Positions 1-7,456 of a DNA stretch of 56,439 nt are shown here, piece after piece. The notes beneath the pieces are model-generated. The model was given only the letters and a program-made list of their open reading frames with translations. It was not told the origin of the DNA and did not search any database. Every line of letters begins with the position of its first letter. Within the stretch, counting starts at the first letter, position 1. Both the position numbers and the translations under genes were made by a program. This DNA is from a virus (lineage: Duplodnaviria > Caudoviricetes). The stretch spans positions 1 through 56,439 of the IMG/VR virus record IMGVR_UViG_3300015264_000006; one strand, 5' to 3'.

Positions 1-77
1 ACCGGAGTTCGAGCCCCGTCCCCCCGACCCCGGCATATCCGCAGTTCAGCAGGAGTATGAGGAGATGTGTCGCAGCA
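1..77. repeat. Terminal direct repeat, left copy (circular assembly overlap)
   Basis: Bases 1-77 are identical to 56363-56439, and the repressor ORF reads straight through the junction. Confidence 0.97.
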
Positions 78-139
78 CATTGACCCCCTGGGGCACTTCG
101 GTGTCTCCTATCCCGTTGACGGCAGGCGCGGCAGCGTGA
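1..139 (+). CDS. C-terminal part of the immunity repressor (continues from 56130 across the circular junction)
   Basis: Hand translation in frame with ATG 56130 gives ...PEFEPRPPDPGISAVQQEYEEMCRSTLTPWGTSVSPIPLTAGAAA, stop TGA at 137-139. Confidence 0.8.
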   Translation, partial: PEFEPRPPDPGISAVQQEYEEMCRSTLTPWGTSVSPIPLTAGAAA

Positions 140-192
140 CTACTCTCCGCTTATCACTAATCGCCACCCCGCGGGACGGCACAGGTGCCGGC

Positions 193-1065
193 ATGGACGA
201 CTCTCACCGTCAGGAGATCAACGCCCACATCACCCACATCACCCTCGAAGGGTTAGCCCCCGGAACCATCTACGGGCGCCGCCAGTGCCTCATCCGCCTC
301 GCCGACTACCTCGAAATGCCCCTCACCGAAGCCACCGCCGACGACCTCCTGCACTGGCGCGCGGCACTCCAGCACCTGTGCGCCGGGACGATCTACAACT
401 ACTGCACCCACGCCCGCGAGTTCTACCGGTGGGCCGCCCTCCGCGGCCTCCTCCCCCGCGGCGAGGACCCCACCGAGGGCCTGCCTGTCCCCAGGCGCCC
501 GCAGCGGATCCCCCGGCCCATCTCCGAGCCGGACCTGATGGACGTCGTGGCCGCCGCGCCGCGCCGGATCAGGCTGTGGCTCGACCTGGCCGCCTGGTGC
601 GGGTTAAGAGCCTGCGAGATCGCCCGGCTGCGATGCGAGAACATTCACCTGGGGCCGGACCCCTACCTGCATGTCGCCGCCGACGCGACGAAGGGGATCC
701 GCGAGCGGATCATCCCGCTGTGCGACTACGTCGTCGCCGAGATCATCGCGGCCCGGCTCCCGCCGCGCGGGTGGGCGTTCACCCGCCGCGACTGCCGGGC
801 CGGCCCGGTCAACGCCGGGCTGGTCTCCAAGATCGCCAACCGGCACCTGCTGCGCTGCGGGGTGTCCGCGACGCTCCACCAGCTGCGGCACCGCTTCGGC
901 ACGCAGGCCTACCGGGCCAGTCATGACATCCTGGCTGTCAAGGAGCTGATGGGCCACCAGTCCACCGCGACCACGACGCTGTACACGCTGGCCGACCAGC
1001 CCGCGCAGGTCGCCGTGGTCCAGGCCCTGCCCGTGCCGCCGCCGGCGCTCCGCGCGGCCGGGTAG
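193..1065 (+). CDS. int: Tyrosine integrase, short form lacking an N-terminal arm-binding domain
   Basis: Catalytic motifs GLRACE (R), TKG (K), HQLRH (HxxR), MGH (H) and TTLYT (Y). Start at 193 (MDDSH) is preferred because 67-139 overlaps the repressor. Confidence 0.93.
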   Translation: MDDSHRQEINAHITHITLEGLAPGTIYGRRQCLIRLADYLEMPLTEATADDLLHWRAALQHLCAGTIYNYCTHAREFYRWAALRGLLPRGEDPTEGLPVPRRPQRIPRPISEPDLMDVVAAAPRRIRLWLDLAAWCGLRACEIARLRCENIHLGPDPYLHVAADATKGIRERIIPLCDYVVAEIIAARLPPRGWAFTRRDCRAGPVNAGLVSKIANRHLLRCGVSATLHQLRHRFGTQAYRASHDILAVKELMGHQSTATTTLYTLADQPAQVAVVQALPVPPPALRAAG

Positions 1066-1110
1066 GATTGCCCCCGGGGCCAACGGCGGGCCCCGCGCGG
1101 GGTGCAGGGA

Positions 1111-1150
1111 TGAGGGCGGCAGCTAGAGCGCAAGCTCGCTGCCGCCCTCA
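1111..1150. terminator. Hairpin between convergent genes, likely terminator
   Basis: 13-bp perfect stem tgagggcggcagc/gctgccgccctca with an inner gagc-GCAA-gctc tetraloop. Confidence 0.6.
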
Positions 1151-1210
1151 GCTGCTGCTAGCCGCGCCGGGATTAGCAGCTAATTAGCAGCCGGGCCGGG
1201 CTCGGTGCCC

Positions 1211-1513
1211 TCAGTGCCGCATCAGGTGCTCAGGCGGCAGCTCGCCCAGGACGACATCAGCCGGCGCCACCTCGGCAGGAGAGCCGGTCGCCGGATCCCG
1301 GTAGCGGCACCCTTCCTCATCGCGGGCGTACCGGAAGACGCGGGCGAACGGCACATCTGCCAGCCAGAACTCGATGCGGTGGGTGTCCTCGCCGGCGCCG
1401 CAGTGCTGTATCGCCCAGGCGAACGCTTCCTCCCGCAGCGGTGAGAGGAAGAAGCTGGGCACGGCGGCGTCCCACACGGCCAGCGGGGCCACTGCGATAC
1501 TGCTCATGGTCAC
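1211..1513 (-). CDS. Hypothetical protein
   Basis: GAGAGGA RBS, protein-like composition, directly downstream of the GntR gene. Confidence 0.65.
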   Translation of the reverse strand: MTMSSIAVAPLAVWDAAVPSFFLSPLREEAFAWAIQHCGAGEDTHRIEFWLADVPFARVFRYARDEEGCRYRDPATGSPAEVAPADVVLGELPPEHLMRH

Positions 1514-1532
1514 CGGTCCTCTCGCACTCCAG

Positions 1533-1769
1533 TTAATCAGCAGGCGGCCGGACGACGAACGTGCCCCGGCCCGGTACCGTGCGGATGAGGCCCTCGCTGA
1601 TGAGGACGCGGACGGCCCGGCGCACCGTCATGGGAGACAAGCCCGATTCGGCCTCTATGTCGGTCAGCGCCGGGATGCGCACCGTGTAGGTGCCGTCTGC
1701 GATGCGGGCGCGGAGGATCGCGGCGAGCTGGGCGAACGGGAACTCCTCGGCATCCGGGTCGATCTCCAC
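1533..1769 (-). CDS. GntR-family winged-HTH transcriptional regulator
   Basis: QLAAILRARIADG...LSPMTVRRAVRVLISEGLIRTVPGRGTFV. Start at GTG 1769 is inferred. Confidence 0.9.
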   Translation of the reverse strand: MEIDPDAEEFPFAQLAAILRARIADGTYTVRIPALTDIEAESGLSPMTVRRAVRVLISEGLIRTVPGRGTFVVRPPAD

Positions 1770-1855
1770 GAGACCAGTGTTGCGGGTGTGACCAGGCGAA
1801 AGCCAGATCGGGTGGTCTCTGGCAGTATCGGGCACGCTCCCGTACGCTACCGGTC

Positions 1856-2050
1856 ATGAGCATCCCTCACCCGCGCCCCGCCGCCGAAGACACCGACAGC
1901 ACCCCCCCGCCCGCTGCCGCCACGCGGCCTCCCGGCCGCCGCGACGGCCACGCCGGGGAAATCCGCGACCGCACCGCCCGCCGTTACGCCAGCATTGCCG
2001 AGGCATACCAGCAGCTCGGCGCCGGGCTCCCCGACCGCATGACGACGTGA
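1856..2050 (+). CDS. Hypothetical protein, possibly leaderless
   Basis: TACGCT -10-like hexamer just upstream of the ATG; divergent from GntR. Confidence 0.45.
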   Translation: MSIPHPRPAAEDTDSTPPPAAATRPPGRRDGHAGEIRDRTARRYASIAEAYQQLGAGLPDRMTT

Positions 2051-2054
2051 CCCC

Positions 2055-2297
2055 GTGCGCGAGCCAGACGACACCATCAAGGCCCGCATCACCGCGGCGT
2101 GGCCCGCCGTCCGCGTCCGCAAGGACACTGAGACCGGCCGGTGGCACGCCGCCGTGCCCGTCGCCGCGTCCGGCACTGTCGGCGTGTCCCGCCGCAGCCT
2201 CGCCGCGTTAGAGGACGCGGTCCACGATGTCCTCAACGGCGCCGAGCGCGCCGAGCGGGAGCAGCGCCGGGCCGCCGCCGGGCGGCGCACCGTCTAG
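2055..2297 (+). CDS. Hypothetical protein
   Basis: Protein-like composition and operon spacing. Confidence 0.6.
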   Translation: MREPDDTIKARITAAWPAVRVRKDTETGRWHAAVPVAASGTVGVSRRSLAALEDAVHDVLNGAERAEREQRRAAAGRRTV

Positions 2298-2307
2298 GCT
2301 GCCCGGC

Positions 2308-2598
2308 ATGAGCGCCAACCCGCGCTACAAGCACGACCCTGAGTACCTGGCTGCCCAGCGTGCTTACGTCGCCGACTATCCGTCAGCCTCCGAGGCATTC
2401 CGGGCACGTAATGCCGCGACAGAGACGATGGACCGCGTCGAGAATGCCTACGCCGCCGACCCCGACCTCGGCCGACTCTCCGAGATAGATGAGTGGGCGC
2501 GCGAAATCGCGGACACGCTGCCGCCGTTTACGCCTAAGCAGATAACAGAGATCGCCCTGCTAGCTGCCAAGATCGAAAAGCGCATAGCCGCCCAATAG
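2308..2598 (+). CDS. Hypothetical protein, probably leaderless
   Basis: TAGGCT at 2295-2300 precedes ATG 2308 (MSANPRY); followed by a hairpin. Confidence 0.65.
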   Translation: MSANPRYKHDPEYLAAQRAYVADYPSASEAFRARNAATETMDRVENAYAADPDLGRLSEIDEWAREIADTLPPFTPKQITEIALLAAKIEKRIAAQ

Positions 2599-2599
2599 C

Positions 2600-2629
2600 A
2601 AAGGCCGGCCCTGCGCCCGCAGGGCCGGC
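2600..2629. terminator. Terminator-like hairpin
   Basis: gccggccctgc/gcagggccggc stem; 20 bp shared with 3704-3723. Confidence 0.55.
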
Positions 2630-2748
2630 AGCAGCAGCGAGAGGATGCCCGGCATGAGACACGACCCCCGCCGCGCAGGACCGCCCCCGCCATCCGTGCC
2701 GCCGCTGGCCGGCCCGCCGCTGGCCCGCTGGCCGCAGGAGGCCGCCCG

Positions 2749-3084
2749 GTGAGCGTCATCCGGTACCAGCGCAAGCCGAAGCCCGAGCCGGAGGGCATCC
2801 TGCACGCCGCCCGCTACGACCCCGGCCAGCCGCTCAGCGACCTCATGAAGGTCGCCCGCATGGCCGACCACTACGCCGGGGACGCCGAGCTGGCCGAGGT
2901 CAGCCTGCCGTCCGGGCCGGTCCTCCTGGTCCGCTACTGGCGCGGGCGCGATGACGGGCCGGCGAAACTGGAGTGGGAAGTGGTCCGGCCCGGCGAGTAC
3001 CTGACCTGGAGCGAGTCCTACGACTTCCTGGGCACCGACACCGAGGACGGCCTGGCCCAGTGGTACGAGGAGATGAAGCGGTGA
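2749..3084 (+). CDS. Hypothetical protein
   Basis: GGAGG RBS, GC3-rich codons, GTGA overlap with the next gene. Confidence 0.75.
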   Translation: MSVIRYQRKPKPEPEGILHAARYDPGQPLSDLMKVARMADHYAGDAELAEVSLPSGPVLLVRYWRGRDDGPAKLEWEVVRPGEYLTWSESYDFLGTDTEDGLAQWYEEMKR

Positions 3085-3491
3085 CCCTGCCCGAGTTCGT
3101 GGCCGCGCGGCTGGACGAGCGGGAGTCGGCGGCGAAGGGTCCGCCCGGCTGGAGGCTGGAGCACTGGACCGCCGTCCGGTACGCGGACAAGGACAGCGGC
3201 CGGAACTGGCGCGTTGATGCCGAGCCGAGATGCGTAGTCGACGCGGTCGCTGAGGAAGACGCAGCGTTCATCGCCCTGAACGACCCGGCGCGGGTGCTCC
3301 GCGAGGTGCAGGCCGGGCGGAAGATCATGGCCCTGGCCGACGAGGCCGACCGCATCGAGGAGATGCGTGACCAGGAGTTCCGGGTTCCCGGCGATCCCGT
3401 CCGCCCGTCCGCAGGCCAGCAGATCCGCTGGCAACTCGCCGCCGTCGACAGTGACCACCCTGATTATGACCAGGGGTGGGTGCCCGCATGA
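3081..3491 (+). CDS. DUF6221-like protein
   Basis: EFVAARLDE...DPARVLREV..GRKI...HPDYDQGW pattern typical of this actinobacterial family. Confidence 0.75.
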   Translation: MTLPEFVAARLDERESAAKGPPGWRLEHWTAVRYADKDSGRNWRVDAEPRCVVDAVAEEDAAFIALNDPARVLREVQAGRKIMALADEADRIEEMRDQEFRVPGDPVRPSAGQQIRWQLAAVDSDHPDYDQGWVPA

Positions 3492-3697
3492 GCGAGCGGG
3501 GGGCCGGGGACGGTGCCGCGCCGGAGCTGCCGGCCCGTGCCCCCGGCATGCTGTGCGCCGTGCCATACGCGATCGACGACGCGGGAGACGACGTCGTGGC
3601 GTGCGGCCTGCACCGGGGCCACCCCGGCCCGCACATGGCGATCGTGTGGTGGACCAGCCCCGGCCACATGTGGCCGCCCCGCGAACCCGGCCCCTGA
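3488..3697 (+). CDS. Hypothetical protein with a Cys/His motif
   Basis: ATGA overlap with the upstream gene; CGLHRGHPGPH motif. Confidence 0.55.
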   Translation: MSERGAGDGAAPELPARAPGMLCAVPYAIDDAGDDVVACGLHRGHPGPHMAIVWWTSPGHMWPPREPGP

Positions 3698-3700
3698 ATG

Positions 3701-3748
3701 CAAAAAGGCCGGCCCTGCGCCCGAGGGGGGACGCAAGGCCGGTCTCTT
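3701..3748 (-). terminator. Intrinsic terminator, likely end of the leftward late transcript
   Basis: ggccggccctgcg/cgcaaggccggtc stem followed on the minus strand by TTTTT. Confidence 0.7.
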
Positions 3749-3933
3749 ACTGCGGATGGTCGGGGAGACAGGGAGCGGCTTCCAGGCTGCCGCCGCCCGC
3801 CGGGCACTGCCGCCGAAGCGGGGACCCCGGACATCCCATCCCTGAGCGTCTCCCCTGGCGGGAATCCTGCGCCCCCGGCCTGACGGACGCCCGCTCCCCT
3901 GGAGCAGCCGCTACCCGACGACGCGGGGGCTAG

Positions 3934-4009
3934 TGGCGCGGACCGGATTTGAACCGGTGGTCTCTGGCTTATGAGGCCAGCGAGGACAGCCGAGCTCCTC
4001 TACCGCGCT
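3934..4009 (-). tRNA. tRNA-Met (CAT), initiator-like
   Basis: Full cloverleaf: AGCGCGG/CCGCGCC acceptor with a 1:72 mismatch, GAGG/CCTC D stem, CTGGC-CTCATAA-GCCAG anticodon arm, ACCGG-TTCAAAT-CCGGT T arm. Followed by CTA rather than CCA. Confidence 0.92.
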
Positions 4010-4018
4010 AGCCGCGAT

Positions 4019-4041
4019 GCTAGCGGACGAGCAGCGGCACC
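4019..4041. repeat. 23-bp direct repeat, left copy (partner at 5087-5109)
   Basis: gctagcggacgagcagcg(g/a)cacc, one mismatch. Confidence 0.85.
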
Positions 4042-4048
4042 CGGGGGC

Positions 4049-4088
4049 TTGACGGTAGTTACTACCTCTTGCTAAGGTAGTAACTACC
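4049..4088 (+). promoter_or_regulatory. SigA-type promoter with two palindromic operators
   Basis: TTGACG-N18-TAAGGT; GGTAGTTACTACC at 4054-4066 and GGTAGTAACTACC at 4076-4088. Confidence 0.8.
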
Positions 4089-4107
4089 CGAGCGAGAGGA
4101 ACCCCCG

Positions 4108-4290
4108 ATGTACGAGATCTACCTCACCGAGACCAGCGGCACCGATGCGCACCCGCACCGCGTCTGCGACCTCACCGGCGCTGAGGGGCCGGCCGAGGCC
4201 AGCGACATCTGCACCGCCCTCCAGCCCTGGCTCAAGGACGGCGTCGAGGCGCACTTCGCCCGCCAGGACGAGCCGGGCGAGAGGCGATGA
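4108..4290 (+). CDS. Hypothetical protein (antisense cassette 1)
   Basis: GAGAGGA RBS directly after the promoter. Confidence 0.7.
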   Translation: MYEIYLTETSGTDAHPHRVCDLTGAEGPAEASDICTALQPWLKDGVEAHFARQDEPGERR

Positions 4291-4670
4291 CAGACACGAC
4301 CGCCATGAGCGACAGTGAGTTCTGGGAGTTCCTGCGCTCGCTCAGGCCGCAGTACCCCAGCTCGGTCGACGCGGACGTGATGGACGACGCTGAGCGCCGC
4401 GACCCCGAACTCGGGCAGCTGATGCGCCAGCGCCTCGCCATCTTCGCGGCAGCCAACAGGCGTCGCGTCCAGCTTGAGGAAGCGGGGAACTGGGACGGCT
4501 GCTCGTCAGTGAGCGAGATGCGCACCCCCGCCGAGGTCGGGGAATGCCGCCGCCTCCTCAAGGCCTACCATGCCCGTTTCAGTGTCCTGATGGCCAGCCC
4601 CGTCAGCGACCGGGGACCAGGCCTGATGCCCGGGGGCCGAGTGGGTCCTGATGGACAACATCATAGGTAG
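4287..4670 (+). CDS. Hypothetical protein (cassette 1)
   Basis: ATGA overlap; protein-like composition. Confidence 0.6.
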   Translation: MTDTTAMSDSEFWEFLRSLRPQYPSSVDADVMDDAERRDPELGQLMRQRLAIFAAANRRRVQLEEAGNWDGCSSVSEMRTPAEVGECRRLLKAYHARFSVLMASPVSDRGPGLMPGGRVGPDGQHHR

Positions 4671-4692
4671 TAACTATCAGAGCGAGAGGAAC
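4665..4692 (+). promoter_or_regulatory. Second copy of the operator plus RBS block
   Basis: aggtagtaactatcagagcgagaggaac matches 4075-4102 at 26 of 28 positions. Confidence 0.8.
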
Positions 4693-4696
4693 GGAA

Positions 4697-4927
4697 ATGG
4701 GCCACCAGCAGATCAGCAAGGCCGCGGCTGCCGCCGATAACGACACCGAGCGCACCGCCAGGGCGGCCTATCGCGCCGCTTATGAGGACGCGCTGCGCCA
4801 GTACCAGGAAGACGGCGGACACGCCGCGTTCTCGGCCCGCTGCGAGGCGGCAGCAAGCGACTACAAGGCGGCAGTAGAGCCCGTGCGGGCGCGCCGTAAC
4901 GCGGTCCTTGACCACGTGGACGACTGA
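4697..4927 (+). CDS. Hypothetical helical protein (cassette 1)
   Basis: GAGAGGA RBS; TGATG overlap with the next gene. Confidence 0.7.
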   Translation: MGHQQISKAAAAADNDTERTARAAYRAAYEDALRQYQEDGGHAAFSARCEAAASDYKAAVEPVRARRNAVLDHVDD

Positions 4928-5091
4928 TGACCGGCAAGAACAGGCACCCGCTGATCGGCGGCCACGTCCCCGCCGAGCTGGGCGCCTGGGCCAGGGCCGA
5001 AGCTGCGCGGCGCGGCGTGCCGCTCGTCGTGATCCTCACCGAGGCGCTGGAGGCCTACCGGGCCTCTGTCGAGAGCAGCGCGGCCAGCTAG
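4927..5091 (+). CDS. Ribbon-helix-helix-like DNA-binding protein, 54 aa (not in ORF track)
   Basis: MTGKNRHPLIGGHVPAELGAWARAEAARRGVPLVVILTEALEAYRASVESSAAS; similar to 16441-16620. Confidence 0.7.
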   Translation: MTGKNRHPLIGGHVPAELGAWARAEAARRGVPLVVILTEALEAYRASVESSAAS

Positions 5092-5267
5092 CGGACGAGC
5101 AGCGACACCGCCCACAGGCACAGGCCGGCGGCCACGCACGCCGGCCACGTCCCCCCCGCGCGGGCGCTGCCCCGCGCGCCCAGCACCGCGGCGATGGTGG
5201 CGGTGAGGAACGGAAGCGCGGCGGCCAGGTGCAGCCACCCGTCCGCGCCGGCCACGGTGAAGCTCAC
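5088..5267 (-). CDS. Small membrane protein, 59 aa (not in ORF track)
   Basis: GTG overlaps the upstream stop; two hydrophobic segments (WLHLAAALPFLTATIAAVLG and WPACVAAGLCLWAVSLLVR). Confidence 0.6.
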   Translation of the reverse strand: MSFTVAGADGWLHLAAALPFLTATIAAVLGARGSARAGGTWPACVAAGLCLWAVSLLVR

Positions 5268-5674
5268 GGCGTCCTGCTGGCAGCAGGCCCCGGCCGGGCG
5301 GGCGGGGGGGTGAGGTGCGCGCAGTCACGCGGCGCGAAGATGACCAGCAGGTGACGCTCGAACCGGGCCACCCGCGCCCGGCCCGCCGCATCCCGCGGCC
5401 GCGGCGACTGGCGGATCACGTACTCCCACAAGCCGACCTGCTCCATCCTGGCCGTGTTAGACGCCTGGCACAGCGCCATCTGCGACGCCGACGACCGGGC
5501 CGCCTTCCGCGCCGCCACCGCCGCCTCCCTGGCCGCGACCGTCGCTTTCCGGTCGGCGGCCGTCACCGATGTGACCTCATGGGCGAGGAACAGGTACCCG
5601 GCGGCGATCAGCGCCAGCATCACCAGGAACAGCACCGCGACCGCGCGCACCGGGACCATCCGCGGCTCACTCAC
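5264..5674 (-). CDS. Membrane-anchored coiled-coil protein in the lysis cassette
   Basis: N-terminal TM segment AVAVLFLVMLALIAAGYLFL, then an Ala-rich helix and two Cys. Confidence 0.7.
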   Translation of the reverse strand: MSEPRMVPVRAVAVLFLVMLALIAAGYLFLAHEVTSVTAADRKATVAAREAAVAARKAARSSASQMALCQASNTARMEQVGLWEYVIRQSPRPRDAAGRARVARFERHLLVIFAPRDCAHLTPPPARPGPAASRTP

Positions 5675-5930
5675 CGGAAGCCGCCCGAGACGACGACGGC
5701 GGCGGAGCCGGCCCAGAACCCGGCGACGGCCGCGATGACGGCCCACCGGACGACCCGCCGAGAAGCGCTTTCAGGTTGCCGCGGACCGCGGGGACCGCGA
5801 GTCCCACGCCGGCCAGGATGAGCGCGTCGCTCGGATGCGCCGAGAAAGACTGCAGCGCCACCAGGTAGATGCCGAACCCGGTCAGGCCCACGTCCCGGAT
5901 CAGTTCCCATGCTTGCGCCCACGCTCGCAC
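5667..5930 (-). CDS. Small membrane protein in the lysis cassette
   Basis: Two hydrophobic segments and a GGAGGG RBS. Confidence 0.65.
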   Translation of the reverse strand: MRAWAQAWELIRDVGLTGFGIYLVALQSFSAHPSDALILAGVGLAVPAVRGNLKALLGGSSGGPSSRPSPGSGPAPPPSSSRAASGE

Positions 5931-5979
5931 CCCGCTCCCTCCATGCCCCGCCGCACGCCCGTTACCGCCAGCCGCCCGG

Positions 5980-6900
5980 TCACAGGCCCCGCGCCGTCCG
6001 CCAGGCCGTGAACGACTTCGCGGCCCGCCCGTTCGCCCCGGCGTGCCGGCCGGCGGCCCACGCGATCATGTCCGGCGACGCGTGCGCCACGTCGGCGGGA
6101 CTGGCCGGGTACGGCGGCGGGGCAGGTGCGGGCGGGACGGGCACCGGGACCGGCGCGGGCTGCGACAGCGGCACCGACACGGTGGCGTCGCCCTGCTCGG
6201 CCAGCAGCCGCTCCAGCGTCGCCCAGGCCATCGACATGCTGCCGTGCAGGCCGAACGACGTGCCCCACGAGTTGTCGCCGAACACCGTCCTGCCCGGGAC
6301 GTCGCACCCGCGCCACACCGTCTCGTGGCCGCCCCGGACCTGCGCGCCCGGCGAGATGGAGACCAGGCCGCTGCTGGCCGGCTCATCCATCGAGTCATAC
6401 CAGTTGCATCCGACGATCACCGGCCCCGACTGGAGAGCGTTGAGCACGTCCTCCAGGGAGAGGCAGTGGACATAGCCGGAGATCAGCCCGGCGCTGCGCG
6501 CGGCCTCGCAGGCCGACAGGCCCGAGCTGCCGTCATCCTCCGACGGGAGCCCAGCGCCGCCGTCGATCCGCTCGGCGGCCGAGTACAGCGCGAGTGCCAT
6601 CGGCTCGTCCGGGGGCCGCTTCCCCGCCGGGGCCAGCGTCGCGAACAGCGGGTCAGCGGCCAGCGCCCCCGCTTCCGCCTGCCCGGTGCACGATCCCGTG
6701 TGCCCCTGGTCCCAGATGGGGGCGTGCCGGGCGTGCAGCACAGACACCAGCGGCGCGCCGCTGGCACGGCGGTACGGGTAGGCCAGCGACCGGCTGTCGT
6801 GCCTGACGTGACGGCCGAGCGGCAGGTCCCGCCCCGTCCGCCCGGCGGCCGGGTACCAGGGGATATCCCGGCGGGTCACGGTCCACGTCTCTGCTGGCAT
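5980..6900 (-). CDS. Papain-like (C1) cysteine peptidase, candidate endolysin
   Basis: WDQGHTGSCTG (Gln and catalytic Cys), GGHE (His), NSWG (Asn); Pro-rich linker and short C-terminal domain; sits near the holin. Confidence 0.85.
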   Translation of the reverse strand: MPAETWTVTRRDIPWYPAAGRTGRDLPLGRHVRHDSRSLAYPYRRASGAPLVSVLHARHAPIWDQGHTGSCTGQAEAGALAADPLFATLAPAGKRPPDEPMALALYSAAERIDGGAGLPSEDDGSSGLSACEAARSAGLISGYVHCLSLEDVLNALQSGPVIVGCNWYDSMDEPASSGLVSISPGAQVRGGHETVWRGCDVPGRTVFGDNSWGTSFGLHGSMSMAWATLERLLAEQGDATVSVPLSQPAPVPVPVPPAPAPPPYPASPADVAHASPDMIAWAAGRHAGANGRAAKSFTAWRTARGL

Positions 6901-7209
6901 TCAGGCGCTCCCTGCGGGCGGCGCAGCATCCTGCTCGACGCGCTCCGGCCAGTGCCAGGTGCCGCCATTGTGCGCTTGCTCGTCCTGCGGGACGCCCTGG
7001 TTGAAGAACATCCCTGTCGGGTTGAGCACGCACAGGTCGGCGAGCTGAGCATCGCCCGGCCCGAGGTCATCGATCCCGTCGCCGTGAACGGGATACTCCA
7101 GCATCTCGCCCAGGCCAGTCACCACGGCCGCGCGGCATTTGCTGCCGTACTCTCCGCCGGGCGTGCCGTAGCTGACGTAGTGGACGATCCGTCCGACGCT
7201 CGGCTTCAT
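6901..7209 (-). CDS. Conserved phage hypothetical protein
   Basis: MKPSVGRIVHYV...CRAAVVT...GTWHWPERV, a common small phage protein pattern. Confidence 0.8.
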   Translation of the reverse strand: MKPSVGRIVHYVSYGTPGGEYGSKCRAAVVTGLGEMLEYPVHGDGIDDLGPGDAQLADLCVLNPTGMFFNQGVPQDEQAHNGGTWHWPERVEQDAAPPAGSA

Positions 7210-7439
7210 GCGGGCCTCTCTGTGCTGCTTGCAGGAACCGCCGGCGGGACCGCCGGCGGCTTGTCGCGGGTCAGCCAGCCCGCCGCGAACGTCAGCACCG
7301 CAGGGACCGCCGCGTACACCTCGGCTGTCTCCGCCGCGTCCAGGGCGCCGTGCACGACGTAGCGGCCCAGCAGCCACACGACGACGCCTGACACCGCGGC
7401 GGCGGCGGTGCTGGCCTGGACCTTCCGGCGGACGGGCAT
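7206..7439 (-). CDS. Holin-like membrane protein
   Basis: KVQASTAAAAVSGVVVWLL...VPAVLTFAAGWL, two TM segments; GGAGG RBS. Confidence 0.75.
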   Translation of the reverse strand: MPVRRKVQASTAAAAVSGVVVWLLGRYVVHGALDAAETAEVYAAVPAVLTFAAGWLTRDKPPAVPPAVPASSTERPA

Positions 7440-7456
7440 GATGCCTCCTGTGGCGG

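Noticed and set aside
3-30. cggagttcgagcccc as a tRNA T-arm-derived att core
   Set aside because: The stem around TTCGAGC does not pair well and cannot be supported without a host match.
67-192. Upstream extension of the integrase ORF
   Set aside because: It overlaps the repressor C-terminus; ATG 193 gives a typical domain start.
3850-3930. HDV-like (theta) ribozyme after the tRNA
   Set aside because: A P1-like 7-bp stem is present, but P3, P1.1 and the J4/2 catalytic strand do not fit by eye; kept only as a generic ncRNA candidate.
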